The notes below the pieces were generated by a model, which saw only the letters and a program-made list of their open reading frames with translations, was not told the origin of the DNA and ran no database searches. A stretch of DNA of 64,000 nucleotides. It comes from Elusimicrobiota bacterium (lineage in GTDB: Bacteria; Elusimicrobiota; Elusimicrobia; F11). Below are positions 56,266 to 64,000 of the stretch, piece by piece. The stretch spans positions 269,344-333,343 of the forward strand of contig JBGAON010000005.1 in the NCBI GenBank assembly GCA_044221725.1, written 5' to 3'. Numbering within the stretch: the first letter of the stretch is position 1; each line of letters opens with the position of its first letter. The translations under genes and the position numbers were made by a program.

Positions 56266-57458
56266 GCGGCGGTTATCGCCTTTTTGCTTCATCGGCATTC
56301 ACATTTGTGTTCACGATGGGCATCGTGAATCTTTTTGCCGACATGACTTATGAAGGCGGGGCAAGCCTAAATGGTCCCTTCATGGGATCTCTCGGCGCAA
56401 GCGCAGCGATCATCAGCATCGTGGCGGGAGTCGGCGAGTTTTTGGGATACACGCTGCGGTTTGTGTCGGGTTATTTTAGCGACAAGACCGGCAAACATTG
56501 GTTGATAACGTTTGTTGGCTACACCATAAATTTATTGGCTGTTCCTGCAATGGCTCTGGCCGGACATTGGAAAGTGGCGGCTGGCCTTATTCTGTTGGAA
56601 CGCATTGGCCGAGCAATTCGCAAACCAACAGTGGAAGCAATGCTCTCCTACACGACACACGAACTGGGTAAAGGTTGGGTCTATGCGCTGAACACCGCGC
56701 TTGATGAGATTGGAGCCACTCTGGGACCGCTTGTGGTCGCACTCGTTTTATTTCTTAAAGGAACCGAGCGGACGGCGTACGCATCTCTTCTTATCACGGC
56801 GATGCTGACGTTGGCTACTCTATCGGCGGCGCGATTCATCTTTCCGTTGCCAGCCGATTTAGAGAAAGGGCGTACAGCTACCACGAAAGGATTTACGAAG
56901 CGTTATTGGTTTTTGATGGTGGCTGGAGTTTTTTTCGCAGCGGGTCTGCTAAGTTATGAACTGATCGCGTATCACTTGGCCAGCGCGAAGGTGGTTCCCA
57001 GAGCGTTTGTCCCGGTTTTGTTGGCCTTTTCCACGGGGTTTGGGGTGATAGCAAGTTTGGTGTTCGGTAAAGCCTATGACAGGAAAGGATTGCCCATATT
57101 GCTTTTAGCGGTTTTTCTCTCCTCACTTTTCGCGCCCGCCGTGTTCCTCGGAAAATTCCTGGGATTGATTTTTGCGATGGTCTTTTGGGGGATCGGCTAT
57201 GCAACTCAGGATACATTGCTCAAGGCTCTTATTGCGAGTGAACTGCCAGAAGGAAAGCGAGATTTTGCTTTCGGACTTTTTTATATCGGTTACGGCGTCG
57301 GATGGTTGATCGGCAGTATTGTGAGTGGACTTCTATATCGAGATCACCAAACATCCCTGATTTTATTCGCCAGCGTTGTACAGCTTTGCTCGATTCCTTT
57401 TTTCATTATCGCTGAGAGATCGAGCGCAAGCGATCCTGGAATCGCTCAACCGTACTAG
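56238..57458 (+). CDS. MFS transporter
   Basis: LFADMTYEG, SGYFSDKTG, ERIGRAIRKP; about 12 TM; start uncertain. Confidence 0.9.
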   Translation: MVEASHRKISGGYRLFASSAFTFVFTMGIVNLFADMTYEGGASLNGPFMGSLGASAAIISIVAGVGEFLGYTLRFVSGYFSDKTGKHWLITFVGYTINLLAVPAMALAGHWKVAAGLILLERIGRAIRKPTVEAMLSYTTHELGKGWVYALNTALDEIGATLGPLVVALVLFLKGTERTAYASLLITAMLTLATLSAARFIFPLPADLEKGRTATTKGFTKRYWFLMVAGVFFAAGLLSYELIAYHLASAKVVPRAFVPVLLAFSTGFGVIASLVFGKAYDRKGLPILLLAVFLSSLFAPAVFLGKFLGLIFAMVFWGIGYATQDTLLKALIASELPEGKRDFAFGLFYIGYGVGWLIGSIVSGLLYRDHQTSLILFASVVQLCSIPFFIIAERSSASDPGIAQPY

Positions 57459-57565
57459 CGTTTGGATGATAAGATCCATAGCGCATCTCTCGCCTGAATC
57501 CATTTCGAAAAGAGATAATGCGATAGATATTTAATGGATTGCCGGTCAAGGTAGACGCCAATCCA

Positions 57566-57626
57566 TAGCGTTGTTGGGCAAACCAAGGCGTTGCTTTTCC
57601 CATGTGGGATTTGCGACGCCTTTTTT
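57566..57626 (+). promoter_or_regulatory. Antiterminator-like hairpin overlapping an intrinsic terminator (copy 3)
   Basis: TAGCGTTGTTGGGCAAACCAAGGCGTTGCTTTTCCCATGTGGGATTTGCGACGCCTTTTTT. Confidence 0.75.
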
Positions 57627-57643
57627 ATTTTAAGGAGGCGACG

Positions 57644-58342
57644 ATGGGATCGCGCAAGCCGCTTGATTTGGAATTTCTACAACGGGGGCCACGGATACGC
57701 GCGGGCCGGGTGAAAGTGTTGGTCGCGTTTGGTGACGTGACTGGTTTCGGCGCATGGACACGCCGAGGCAGCAATTCGCCGGAGGAGTTCAAAGACTTCA
57801 TGGTGCATCTTTACAAGGAATTCATCCGATTCAGAAACGGCAATGGATATTTCGTGAAGCTCATGGGCGATGGATTCATGTGTATAACCGAACTCGATCA
57901 GAGAAACGCCAAGGCGAAGACGCTTGAATTCTTGAGTCATGCCGTTGACCTCGAATCAGCCATTCAAAAGATCGTGACAAGTACATTCCCCGCACCTGGA
58001 TCATTCAGAATTCGGATCGCGGCCGGACATGTTTGGAAAATGGTGGCCAGCCGGCCGGGGCAAGTAACGGCGCAGACCGATTATTTGGGATACGCAATAA
58101 ATCTGGCGGCGCGCCTTTTGGAGATAGATCGTGAATCACCGATTTTGTGCCATGAGAGTGTTCGTAAGATTTTGAATGGAGCGATTCGAGGTGGCGCGGA
58201 GTTCGGCCTTAAGCCAGTCCAGATCCGAAGCCGATGTCCCCGAGGCGTGGATCCGGAAGACATCCGTACGTTGTGGAAGGTCTATCCTTTGATCGCTTCG
58301 AAAATGGCCATGCCCACCAACAATAAAACCATCCCCAGGTAG
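57644..58342 (+). CDS. Stand-alone class III nucleotidyl (adenylate-type) cyclase
   Basis: FGDVTGF, VKLMGDGFM, DYLGYAINLAARL; AAGGAGG RBS before ATG 57644. Confidence 0.8.
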   Translation: MGSRKPLDLEFLQRGPRIRAGRVKVLVAFGDVTGFGAWTRRGSNSPEEFKDFMVHLYKEFIRFRNGNGYFVKLMGDGFMCITELDQRNAKAKTLEFLSHAVDLESAIQKIVTSTFPAPGSFRIRIAAGHVWKMVASRPGQVTAQTDYLGYAINLAARLLEIDRESPILCHESVRKILNGAIRGGAEFGLKPVQIRSRCPRGVDPEDIRTLWKVYPLIASKMAMPTNNKTIPR

Positions 58343-58631
58343 AACAGGACGACGCTGTCGAACAATTCGTAGTAATTGCGGGCCCACCATTTTCGAAATT
58401 CGCAGCAAATTGAGCCATTACTATCCATTGTTGCCCACCTCCTTTGATTCGGCGATGTGTCGCCTATCACGACTGGGACAGTGGTAGGACTTCGCGGGAC
58501 AATCAAGTCATTCGTGGACTCTGTGCCAGAGAATGTTGGTCGGGCCTACTTCGCTTAATGTCAAAACTCGATCGTGACATTGGTTCAAAGCGGGCAGTCA
58601 CAATCGCTATCGCGATGGAGGGAATTGCTTT

Positions 58632-59519
58632 TTAGCGATTAAGTCTGAAATTTCGGAGAAGGTATTGAACCAGAGCGGTGTGGCGCCGGCGTTTGTTAAC
58701 TATCAACCAATCCGTTTTCACGATCCCTGTTGGATGTCGCCCCAATCGGACGAGCCTTCCTTGCCGCAAATCGTCATCGGCTGATACCCTGAGAAGAGGC
58801 GCGGCTCCGAGTCCCCTCACAGCGGATATACGCAATACGCCGTCGTCCTCAATCGTGGCGACGACCTGCCCTGCTATTTTGTGGCGTGCCAGAAAGCGTT
58901 CCACGCTTTGCGAAATCGTGTTGGCGGATGTGGGCATCAACAAAGGGATTTTGGATAAATCTTTCGGGAATACTTTTACCTGGCGGGCAAGGTCAGGGGT
59001 TGCCATGAAGTCTACCTCGAGCTCACCAATCTTTATGCTCACGAATTGTTCTTTCTGCGCTCTCACTCCTCGATCCAACAGGACCACATCCACGGAATAA
59101 GTTCGCAATTGGTCCAGAAGTTTATCTTCCGGACTTACCTGCATTTCGACTCGTGTTCCGGGCTTGTGACGATGAATTGTTTCAATGAGACTTAGCGATA
59201 CCTGTTTGGAAACTTGCGTGCCCACTCCGATAATCAATGCTTTTTTCTGTGCTGGTCGCGTCTTCAATGAATCCAGTAATTCCTCCGTGACTCCAAAGAT
59301 CTCACTCGCATAATCCAGAACCATCCTTCCTTCCGCAGTGAGCGCGTGCGGTTTTTTATCGCGATCAAACAGTTTTGTCCCCAAGAATTTCTCCAGCTGG
59401 ATAATCTGTGCGCTGACCGTCGGTTGGGCGAGGTGAAGTTTCTCGCACGCCCTGGCAATGCTGCCTTCCTTGGCCGCGACCCAAAAGTAATAGAGATGTT
59501 GATGGTTCAGAAGGATCAT
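58632..59519 (-). CDS. LysR-family regulator (NhaR-like)
   Basis: LNHQHLYYFWVAAKEGSIARACEKLHLAQPTVSAQI. Confidence 0.9.
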   Translation of the reverse strand: MILLNHQHLYYFWVAAKEGSIARACEKLHLAQPTVSAQIIQLEKFLGTKLFDRDKKPHALTAEGRMVLDYASEIFGVTEELLDSLKTRPAQKKALIIGVGTQVSKQVSLSLIETIHRHKPGTRVEMQVSPEDKLLDQLRTYSVDVVLLDRGVRAQKEQFVSIKIGELEVDFMATPDLARQVKVFPKDLSKIPLLMPTSANTISQSVERFLARHKIAGQVVATIEDDGVLRISAVRGLGAAPLLRVSADDDLRQGRLVRLGRHPTGIVKTDWLIVNKRRRHTALVQYLLRNFRLNR

Positions 59520-59610
59520 TGGTTTAACCTATATTAGACCAAGTTATTATCCATTTGGCAGATAAATAGTTGTGTGGGAGAATGCCTTTGAATGAAAGGA
59601 GAACGTAACC

Positions 59611-59967
59611 GTGCTTAAAGTCAAACGAGCTTACGAACCACCCACGAAAGGAGACGGGTACCGTGTTTTGGTCGACAGAATATGGCCGCGAGGGCTGAAG
59701 AAAGAGCAACTCTCGTTGAATGAATGGGCAAAAGTCCTCGCTCCGAGTTCGGAATTGCGCAAGTTTTTTGCTCACGATCCTAAGCGATGGGAGATTTTTC
59801 AGTCTCGTTACCACCGGGAGCTCCATTCTAGCGCCGAAGCAATTGAAAAACTGCATGCTTTGACGCAACTCGCGCGAAAGAGAACGGTCACCTTGATATA
59901 TAGCGCGCACGATGAGAACTATAACCAGGCCGTTGCCTTGAAGAGAGTCATAGACGGCCAAGAATAA
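59611..59967 (+). CDS. DUF488/YeaO-family protein
   Basis: KRAYE, DGYRVLVDRIWPRG, APSSELRKFF. Confidence 0.9.
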   Translation: MLKVKRAYEPPTKGDGYRVLVDRIWPRGLKKEQLSLNEWAKVLAPSSELRKFFAHDPKRWEIFQSRYHRELHSSAEAIEKLHALTQLARKRTVTLIYSAHDENYNQAVALKRVIDGQE

Positions 59968-59986
59968 GGGACAGAAGGAGGACGCA

Positions 59987-60514
59987 ATGAAACTGGGATT
60001 ATTTTATGGAACCACAACCGGATTCACGGAGACAGCAGCGGAAACTGTGCGCGGTTTGCTAGGAGACTCGCTATCGGTCTATAAGAACATCAGTGAATCA
60101 TCTCCAGAGGACCTGGCGTCCTGCGACAATCTTATTCTTGCCATTCCCACTTGGGACGTCGGCCAGCTGCAATCGGATTGGTGGGCCTTTTTTCCGAAAC
60201 TGGACTCCATCGATTTCCACGGAAAGAAAGTCGCCTTCATTGGCGTCGGTGACCAATATGGTTATCCGGACACCTTTCTGGACGCCATGGGGGATCTCTG
60301 GAAGAAAGTTGAGGAGCGCGGCGGCCAGTTGATTGGGCAATGGCCCACCGAAGGGTATGACTTCTCAAGTCCCAAACCTGTCGTAAATGGAAAATTCATC
60401 GGGCTTGCGTTAGATCCCGTGAATCAAGACGAAATGAGTGGTGAGCGGATAAAGAAATGGGTGGACCAACTTAAGGCTGAGCTTCAGCTTGGTGCGGTCG
60501 TAACCTCAAAATAA
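59987..60514 (+). CDS. Long-chain flavodoxin
   Basis: YGTTTGFTE, IPTWDVG, GDQYGYPDTFLDAMG, GLALD. Confidence 0.93.
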   Translation: MKLGLFYGTTTGFTETAAETVRGLLGDSLSVYKNISESSPEDLASCDNLILAIPTWDVGQLQSDWWAFFPKLDSIDFHGKKVAFIGVGDQYGYPDTFLDAMGDLWKKVEERGGQLIGQWPTEGYDFSSPKPVVNGKFIGLALDPVNQDEMSGERIKKWVDQLKAELQLGAVVTSK

Positions 60515-60529
60515 AAAAGGAGAAAAATC

Positions 60530-61183
60530 ATGACACAGACATTGCAGATTCCCTATGCGGCTTACCAAGTCCGGCAAGACTTGAAGCCAAAAGACGTTGA
60601 AGGATTGTCGGAAAAGCTTATAGATCAGCATTGGAAACTTTACGAAGGCTATGTAACGAATACCAATCTGCTCAATAAGCTGATTTGGGATACCGCCGAC
60701 GCCAACAAAGAGCTGAACAACGCGGAACATTCCGAAATTCAGCGGCGGCTCGGATTCGAATACAACGGGATGGTTTTGCACGAATATTATTTCGGCGCGT
60801 TGCGAAAAGGAACCACGCTTCCATCCTCATCGGAGCTGAGATCAAAACTTGCCGAAGATTTCGGAAGCTTTGAGCGTTGGAAGAAACAATTCACGGAAAT
60901 TGGAAAATTCAGAGGCGTAGGATGGGTCATCCTGAACTACGATCCCGCCTCAAAAAGGCTTAACAATTTCTGGGTTACGGATCATGAAATTGGAAACGTC
61001 GCTGGTTTTCTCCCGATTCTCGCGATGGACGTCTGGGAACATGCATATGTCCTCGATTATGGATCTTCCTCAGCGGCAGGAACCGGAAGAGCGGCGTATC
61101 TGGAAACGTACTTCAAGAATATTGATTGGGACGTCGTTTCTGAGAGGTTGGCGGTCGCTCAAGCGCAGAAATCAACGAGATAG
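60530..61183 (+). CDS. Fe/Mn superoxide dismutase family protein
   Basis: HWKLYEGYV, LHEYYF, MDVWEHAY. Confidence 0.9.
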   Translation: MTQTLQIPYAAYQVRQDLKPKDVEGLSEKLIDQHWKLYEGYVTNTNLLNKLIWDTADANKELNNAEHSEIQRRLGFEYNGMVLHEYYFGALRKGTTLPSSSELRSKLAEDFGSFERWKKQFTEIGKFRGVGWVILNYDPASKRLNNFWVTDHEIGNVAGFLPILAMDVWEHAYVLDYGSSSAAGTGRAAYLETYFKNIDWDVVSERLAVAQAQKSTR

Positions 61184-61192
61184 GGTATCGCC

Positions 61193-61642
61193 ATGGCGGA
61201 GAGAATTGATTACAAAAAATCGCCCGGATTCGGCGCCATGGCCGGTCTGGAAAGATATGTGCGCCAATGCGGATTGGAAACCCGGCTTTTGGAATTGGTG
61301 AGGCTTCGCGCCTCACAAATCAACGGCTGTGCCTATTGCGTGGATATGCACACCAAAGACGCGCGATCGGAAGGCGAAACTGAGCAACGGCTTTACGCGG
61401 TTTCTGTGTGGCGAGAGGCGCCATTTTTCACGGAACGTGAACGGATGGCGCTCGAATGGACAGAATCATTGACGCTTATTGCCGAGCGAGGCGTTCCCGA
61501 TCAATTGTATGAGAAGGCGCGTCAGAGTTTCAGCGAAAAAGAGATCGTCGATCTTTCACTAGCGATTATCGCGATTAACGGATGGAATCGCTTGGCCATT
61601 GGTTTCCGTTCTGTTGTGGGATCTTATGAGCGGAGCGCATAA
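61193..61642 (+). CDS. Carboxymuconolactone decarboxylase/AhpD-family protein
   Basis: RASQINGCAYCVDMH, INGWNR. Confidence 0.92.
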   Translation: MAERIDYKKSPGFGAMAGLERYVRQCGLETRLLELVRLRASQINGCAYCVDMHTKDARSEGETEQRLYAVSVWREAPFFTERERMALEWTESLTLIAERGVPDQLYEKARQSFSEKEIVDLSLAIIAINGWNRLAIGFRSVVGSYERSA

Positions 61643-61752
61643 AAATTGGATTGATAATGAACACATCTACAATCGCGTTGTTGGATCTTCCGCAGCGGCT
61701 GCAGAAATCAACCCGATAGGCGAAGGCTACGTCCCGAAAGGAGAAAATCACC

Positions 61753-62337
61753 ATGAAATCAAAATCAATCTTTGCTGGAGTTGCATCGGCGATTATTGCT
61801 GTTGGGATAAACTCATCGGCTGCTGATAAGAGCGATCTTCATTCCCATGAAGGCCATTCGTCGGGGCCGACGTCATCATTGACAATTCCCCAATCGCTTC
61901 GTGTAGAGCATGAGCATCTCCATCAGAGACTTGAAGCGCTTGTTAATAAGACCGGCACCGTTGGGCAATCCGCCAAAAAGCTGGCGGCCGTTCTGGATCC
62001 ACATTTTGAAAAAGAGAATGCCGAAGCCCTTCCTCTCCTTGGATTGTTGGCGCCAGTTGGCCGCGGGGAAATAAGCGAAACGATGCGGCCGGCCATAGAG
62101 GCAAGCAGAACGCTCAAGGCTGCCATGCCCCAAATGATTGCCGAGCACAAGGCGATTAAACTAGCGCTGGATGACCTGCGGAAGGCGGGCGAGAGTTCCA
62201 AAGACAACGACGCAACGAAGTTTGCGGAAGAGCTGTCGCTTCACGCGCAGACGGAAGAGGATGTTCTTTATCCAGCGGCGATTCTCGTTGGAGCTTACAT
62301 CGAAACGCAGTTGCGCTCTTCGATACCAAGAAAATGA
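61753..62337 (+). CDS. Exported hemerythrin-like (HHE) protein
   Basis: Signal peptide, EHEHLH, HFEKEN, EHKAI, HAQTEE. Confidence 0.75.
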   Translation: MKSKSIFAGVASAIIAVGINSSAADKSDLHSHEGHSSGPTSSLTIPQSLRVEHEHLHQRLEALVNKTGTVGQSAKKLAAVLDPHFEKENAEALPLLGLLAPVGRGEISETMRPAIEASRTLKAAMPQMIAEHKAIKLALDDLRKAGESSKDNDATKFAEELSLHAQTEEDVLYPAAILVGAYIETQLRSSIPRK

Positions 62338-62792
62338 GCACACCAACGATTAGTGAGTTTTATTCAGACGATCACACTCGGCTTGATGGCTTGTTCGAAC
62401 AGTATCTTAAGCTGAAGGAAAACGAGCCAGACCGAGCGATAAAGGTTTTGGAGGAGTTCAAATTCGGCCTTGAACAACATATGGCATGGGAAGAGGCGAT
62501 TCTTTTTTCTGAGTATGACGCCCGAATTGCTTCGGCGGAAGACGAGAGCCCAACCGTTGATTTGACGTTCGAGCATCAGCAATTGCGCGATTATCTTGAG
62601 AGTATACAGCGGAAGTTGAAAGAAAAGGATCAAGGTTTGGAACTGGAAAAGGATGAAGCGCGCTTCGCTGAGCTATTGGCGGCCCACAACTTTGCTGAGG
62701 AAACGGGACTCTACGTAAAGCTCGACGAAGCCCTCACCGATGAGGACCGTTCCGAAATCCATAAGCGGATGAGAGACGCCGCCTTAACTTAG
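62334..62792 (+). CDS. Hemerythrin-like (HHE) protein
   Basis: DHTRLD, HMAWEE, EHQQL, HNFAEE. Confidence 0.85.
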   Translation: MSTPTISEFYSDDHTRLDGLFEQYLKLKENEPDRAIKVLEEFKFGLEQHMAWEEAILFSEYDARIASAEDESPTVDLTFEHQQLRDYLESIQRKLKEKDQGLELEKDEARFAELLAAHNFAEETGLYVKLDEALTDEDRSEIHKRMRDAALT

Positions 62793-62801
62793 CGGAAAGG
62801 A

Positions 62802-63263
62802 TTACTGTTCCTCCGACAGGCCCTTCGCTATTGACTTCGACCAAATCCGAAGGGCATCTATATCGTTTTGGGAGAGACGAGCGTCCGGATGAGGTGGACG
62901 GTAGAACCAGGGTGGCATCTCTCGCTCGGCTACTTGGTCCCAGCTTTCTTTCAAATTTTTCGTCTGCTGCTTCGTGGTGTAGCGATTCCAACTAGAGAAG
63001 TTGAGTTCCTCGCGACCCACGCGCACGTCCCGCTCGATAAGCCATGACACCGGTGCGAGCCGGCTATACCAGGGCCAAACGGTTTCATTCGAGTGGCAGT
63101 CGTAACACGCTCGGCGGAGAATCGATCGCACTTCCGGCGACGCCGGAATTTCGGTTTCAACCGGAGGATTGGTTCGATCGACCGGCACAAATTGTATCGC
63201 AACGAAGGCGAAAATCGCCACGATAGCGGTCCACTTAACGGCTCGTCTCATCGGTGATCCCAT
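62802..63263 (-). CDS. Haem-binding domain (cytochrome c-like) protein
   Basis: ACYDCHS CxxCH, WPWYS, LNFSSW, MPP; start uncertain. Confidence 0.85.
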   Translation of the reverse strand: MGSPMRRAVKWTAIVAIFAFVAIQFVPVDRTNPPVETEIPASPEVRSILRRACYDCHSNETVWPWYSRLAPVSWLIERDVRVGREELNFSSWNRYTTKQQTKNLKESWDQVAEREMPPWFYRPPHPDARLSQNDIDALRIWSKSIAKGLSEEQ

Positions 63264-63459
63264 AGGCACATGATAGTTTCTTCATGGGCATCGACGTATG
63301 AGCGCCATCATAGTGAATGGTTGGCTTAGAAGTTTAACGGCCTCGCACGGTTTAAGGCGAGAAAACGTATAATTTCCTGGCTGATCGATCGAAATTTCGT
63401 GACTGCACCATCAGGAATCGAGTCGAAGATTATGCACTTGCCGAATTTGGCAGGCGAAG

Positions 63460-63480
63460 TGGATGGCAGTTTATATGGCA
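63460..63480 (+). repeat. Putative arm-type site pair at the right end
   Basis: TGGATGGCA-GTT-TATATGGCA; same 12-bp period and GTT spacer as 33361-33381. Confidence 0.7.
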
Positions 63481-63536
63481 AGGATGAAAAAATGCATCGA
63501 AAATCATTGATAATCAAATATCGCCGTTTTCGTGAC

Positions 63537-63581
63537 TGTCCGTGGGACGCTATCGTTATGATTCCCCGTCCAACCACGTAA
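63537..63581 (+). pseudogene. attR core plus displaced ferredoxin 3' end (CPWDAIVMIPRPTT*)
   Basis: Same length and 10 of 14 residues identical to the ferredoxin C-terminus CPWDAITMVPRPSA*. Confidence 0.88.
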
Positions 63582-64000
63582 GAAAATTTGTGTGCTCAAG
63601 AAATCGCCGAATAATCGCCCGTTAACATCCCACCCCAAAAACTCACTTCTTCCGTCGGAAAACGCAAACGTCGCCGAAAAAACGCGAACCATTTTCATTT
63701 CATCAGAAAAAAATTTCCCTGAATATCCGGCAAAGGTTACGAGCTGCAATAGTTCCGAACTGCCATTGCACAAAGTGGGCAAAAGACCGCAGTTGTCAGC
63801 ACAAGTGAGCACGAATGTATGGGAAAACGTATGGGAAAAATTCGGAATCTGCCAGCACAATGGGATTGACCCGTTTCAGTAGACAGTTTTGTTAAGCCGC
63901 CTGAGACTTTAGATCTCCGGCGTTGCGTTCGTATTCTGCTGGACTGACATAGTCCAACGAAGAATGCCGACGCTTTTGATTGTAGAACACTTCGATGTAA
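63537..64000. mobile_element. Left end of a second related element in tandem (runs off the window)
   Basis: 63582-63855 is colinear with 33128-33400 (CGCCGAAT, CCCCAAAAACTC, CGGAAAACGC, GTATGG pair, GGAATCTGCCA). Confidence 0.7.

Larger units (their letters stand above)
33083..63547. mobile_element. ~30.5 kb integrative element (satellite- or defective-prophage-like genomic island) in the ferredoxin gene
   Basis: Flanking direct core repeats, duplicated gene end, integrase + xis, arm-type repeats near both ends, more AT-rich composition, accessory cargo. Confidence 0.88.

Noticed and set aside
57644..58506. Pycsar defence system
   Set aside because: No adjacent TIR or 2TM-cNMP-binding effector; the 58282-58506 ORF is short, antisense and unsupported
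33083..63547. Complete prophage or ICE
   Set aside because: No recognisable capsid, portal, tail, lysis, relaxase or T4SS genes
63541..63580. tRNA 3' fragment suggested by GATTCCCCGTCCAACCA
   Set aside because: No TTC loop or acceptor pairing; fully explained as the ferredoxin tail
63399..63581. 60-aa ORF in the track
   Set aside because: Chance read-through across arm sites into the displaced ferredoxin tail; no RBS

Overview
Bacterial chromosomal window in two parts. Bases 1-33.1 kb are GC-richer core genome: the 3' part of a very large protein, an OmpR/histidine-kinase pair, a PilB/GspE-GAF/HD-GYP-PilZ module, argG-argH, TolC/patatin/TPR, the lysA-dapF-dapA-dapB-dapL lysine pathway, queF, mazG, mgtE, a lipoyl/glycine-cleavage operon and a 4Fe-4S ferredoxin. 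Bases 33083-63547 are a ~30.5 kb integrated element that sits inside the 3' end of the ferredoxin gene. The 11-bp core TGTCCGTGGGA (Cys-Pro-Trp-Asp codons) occurs at both ends, each copy followed by a differently coded version of the ferredoxin C-terminus. The left end of a second, related element follows directly at 63537. The element carries a tyrosine integrase, Xis-like HTH, terminase large subunit, TerS-like HTH, a split prim-pol/primase, a second XerD-like recombinase and a putative R-M pair, but no recognisable capsid, portal or tail genes. Its cargo is trehalose synthesis, transport and oxidative/metal stress genes. It also has three copies of a covarying antiterminator-like RNA hairpin that overlaps an intrinsic terminator; one copy lies directly behind an unannotated 58-aa YezD/DUF2292-like ORF, a candidate small-protein antitermination system. 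All product calls come from motif recognition by eye; no database search was run.
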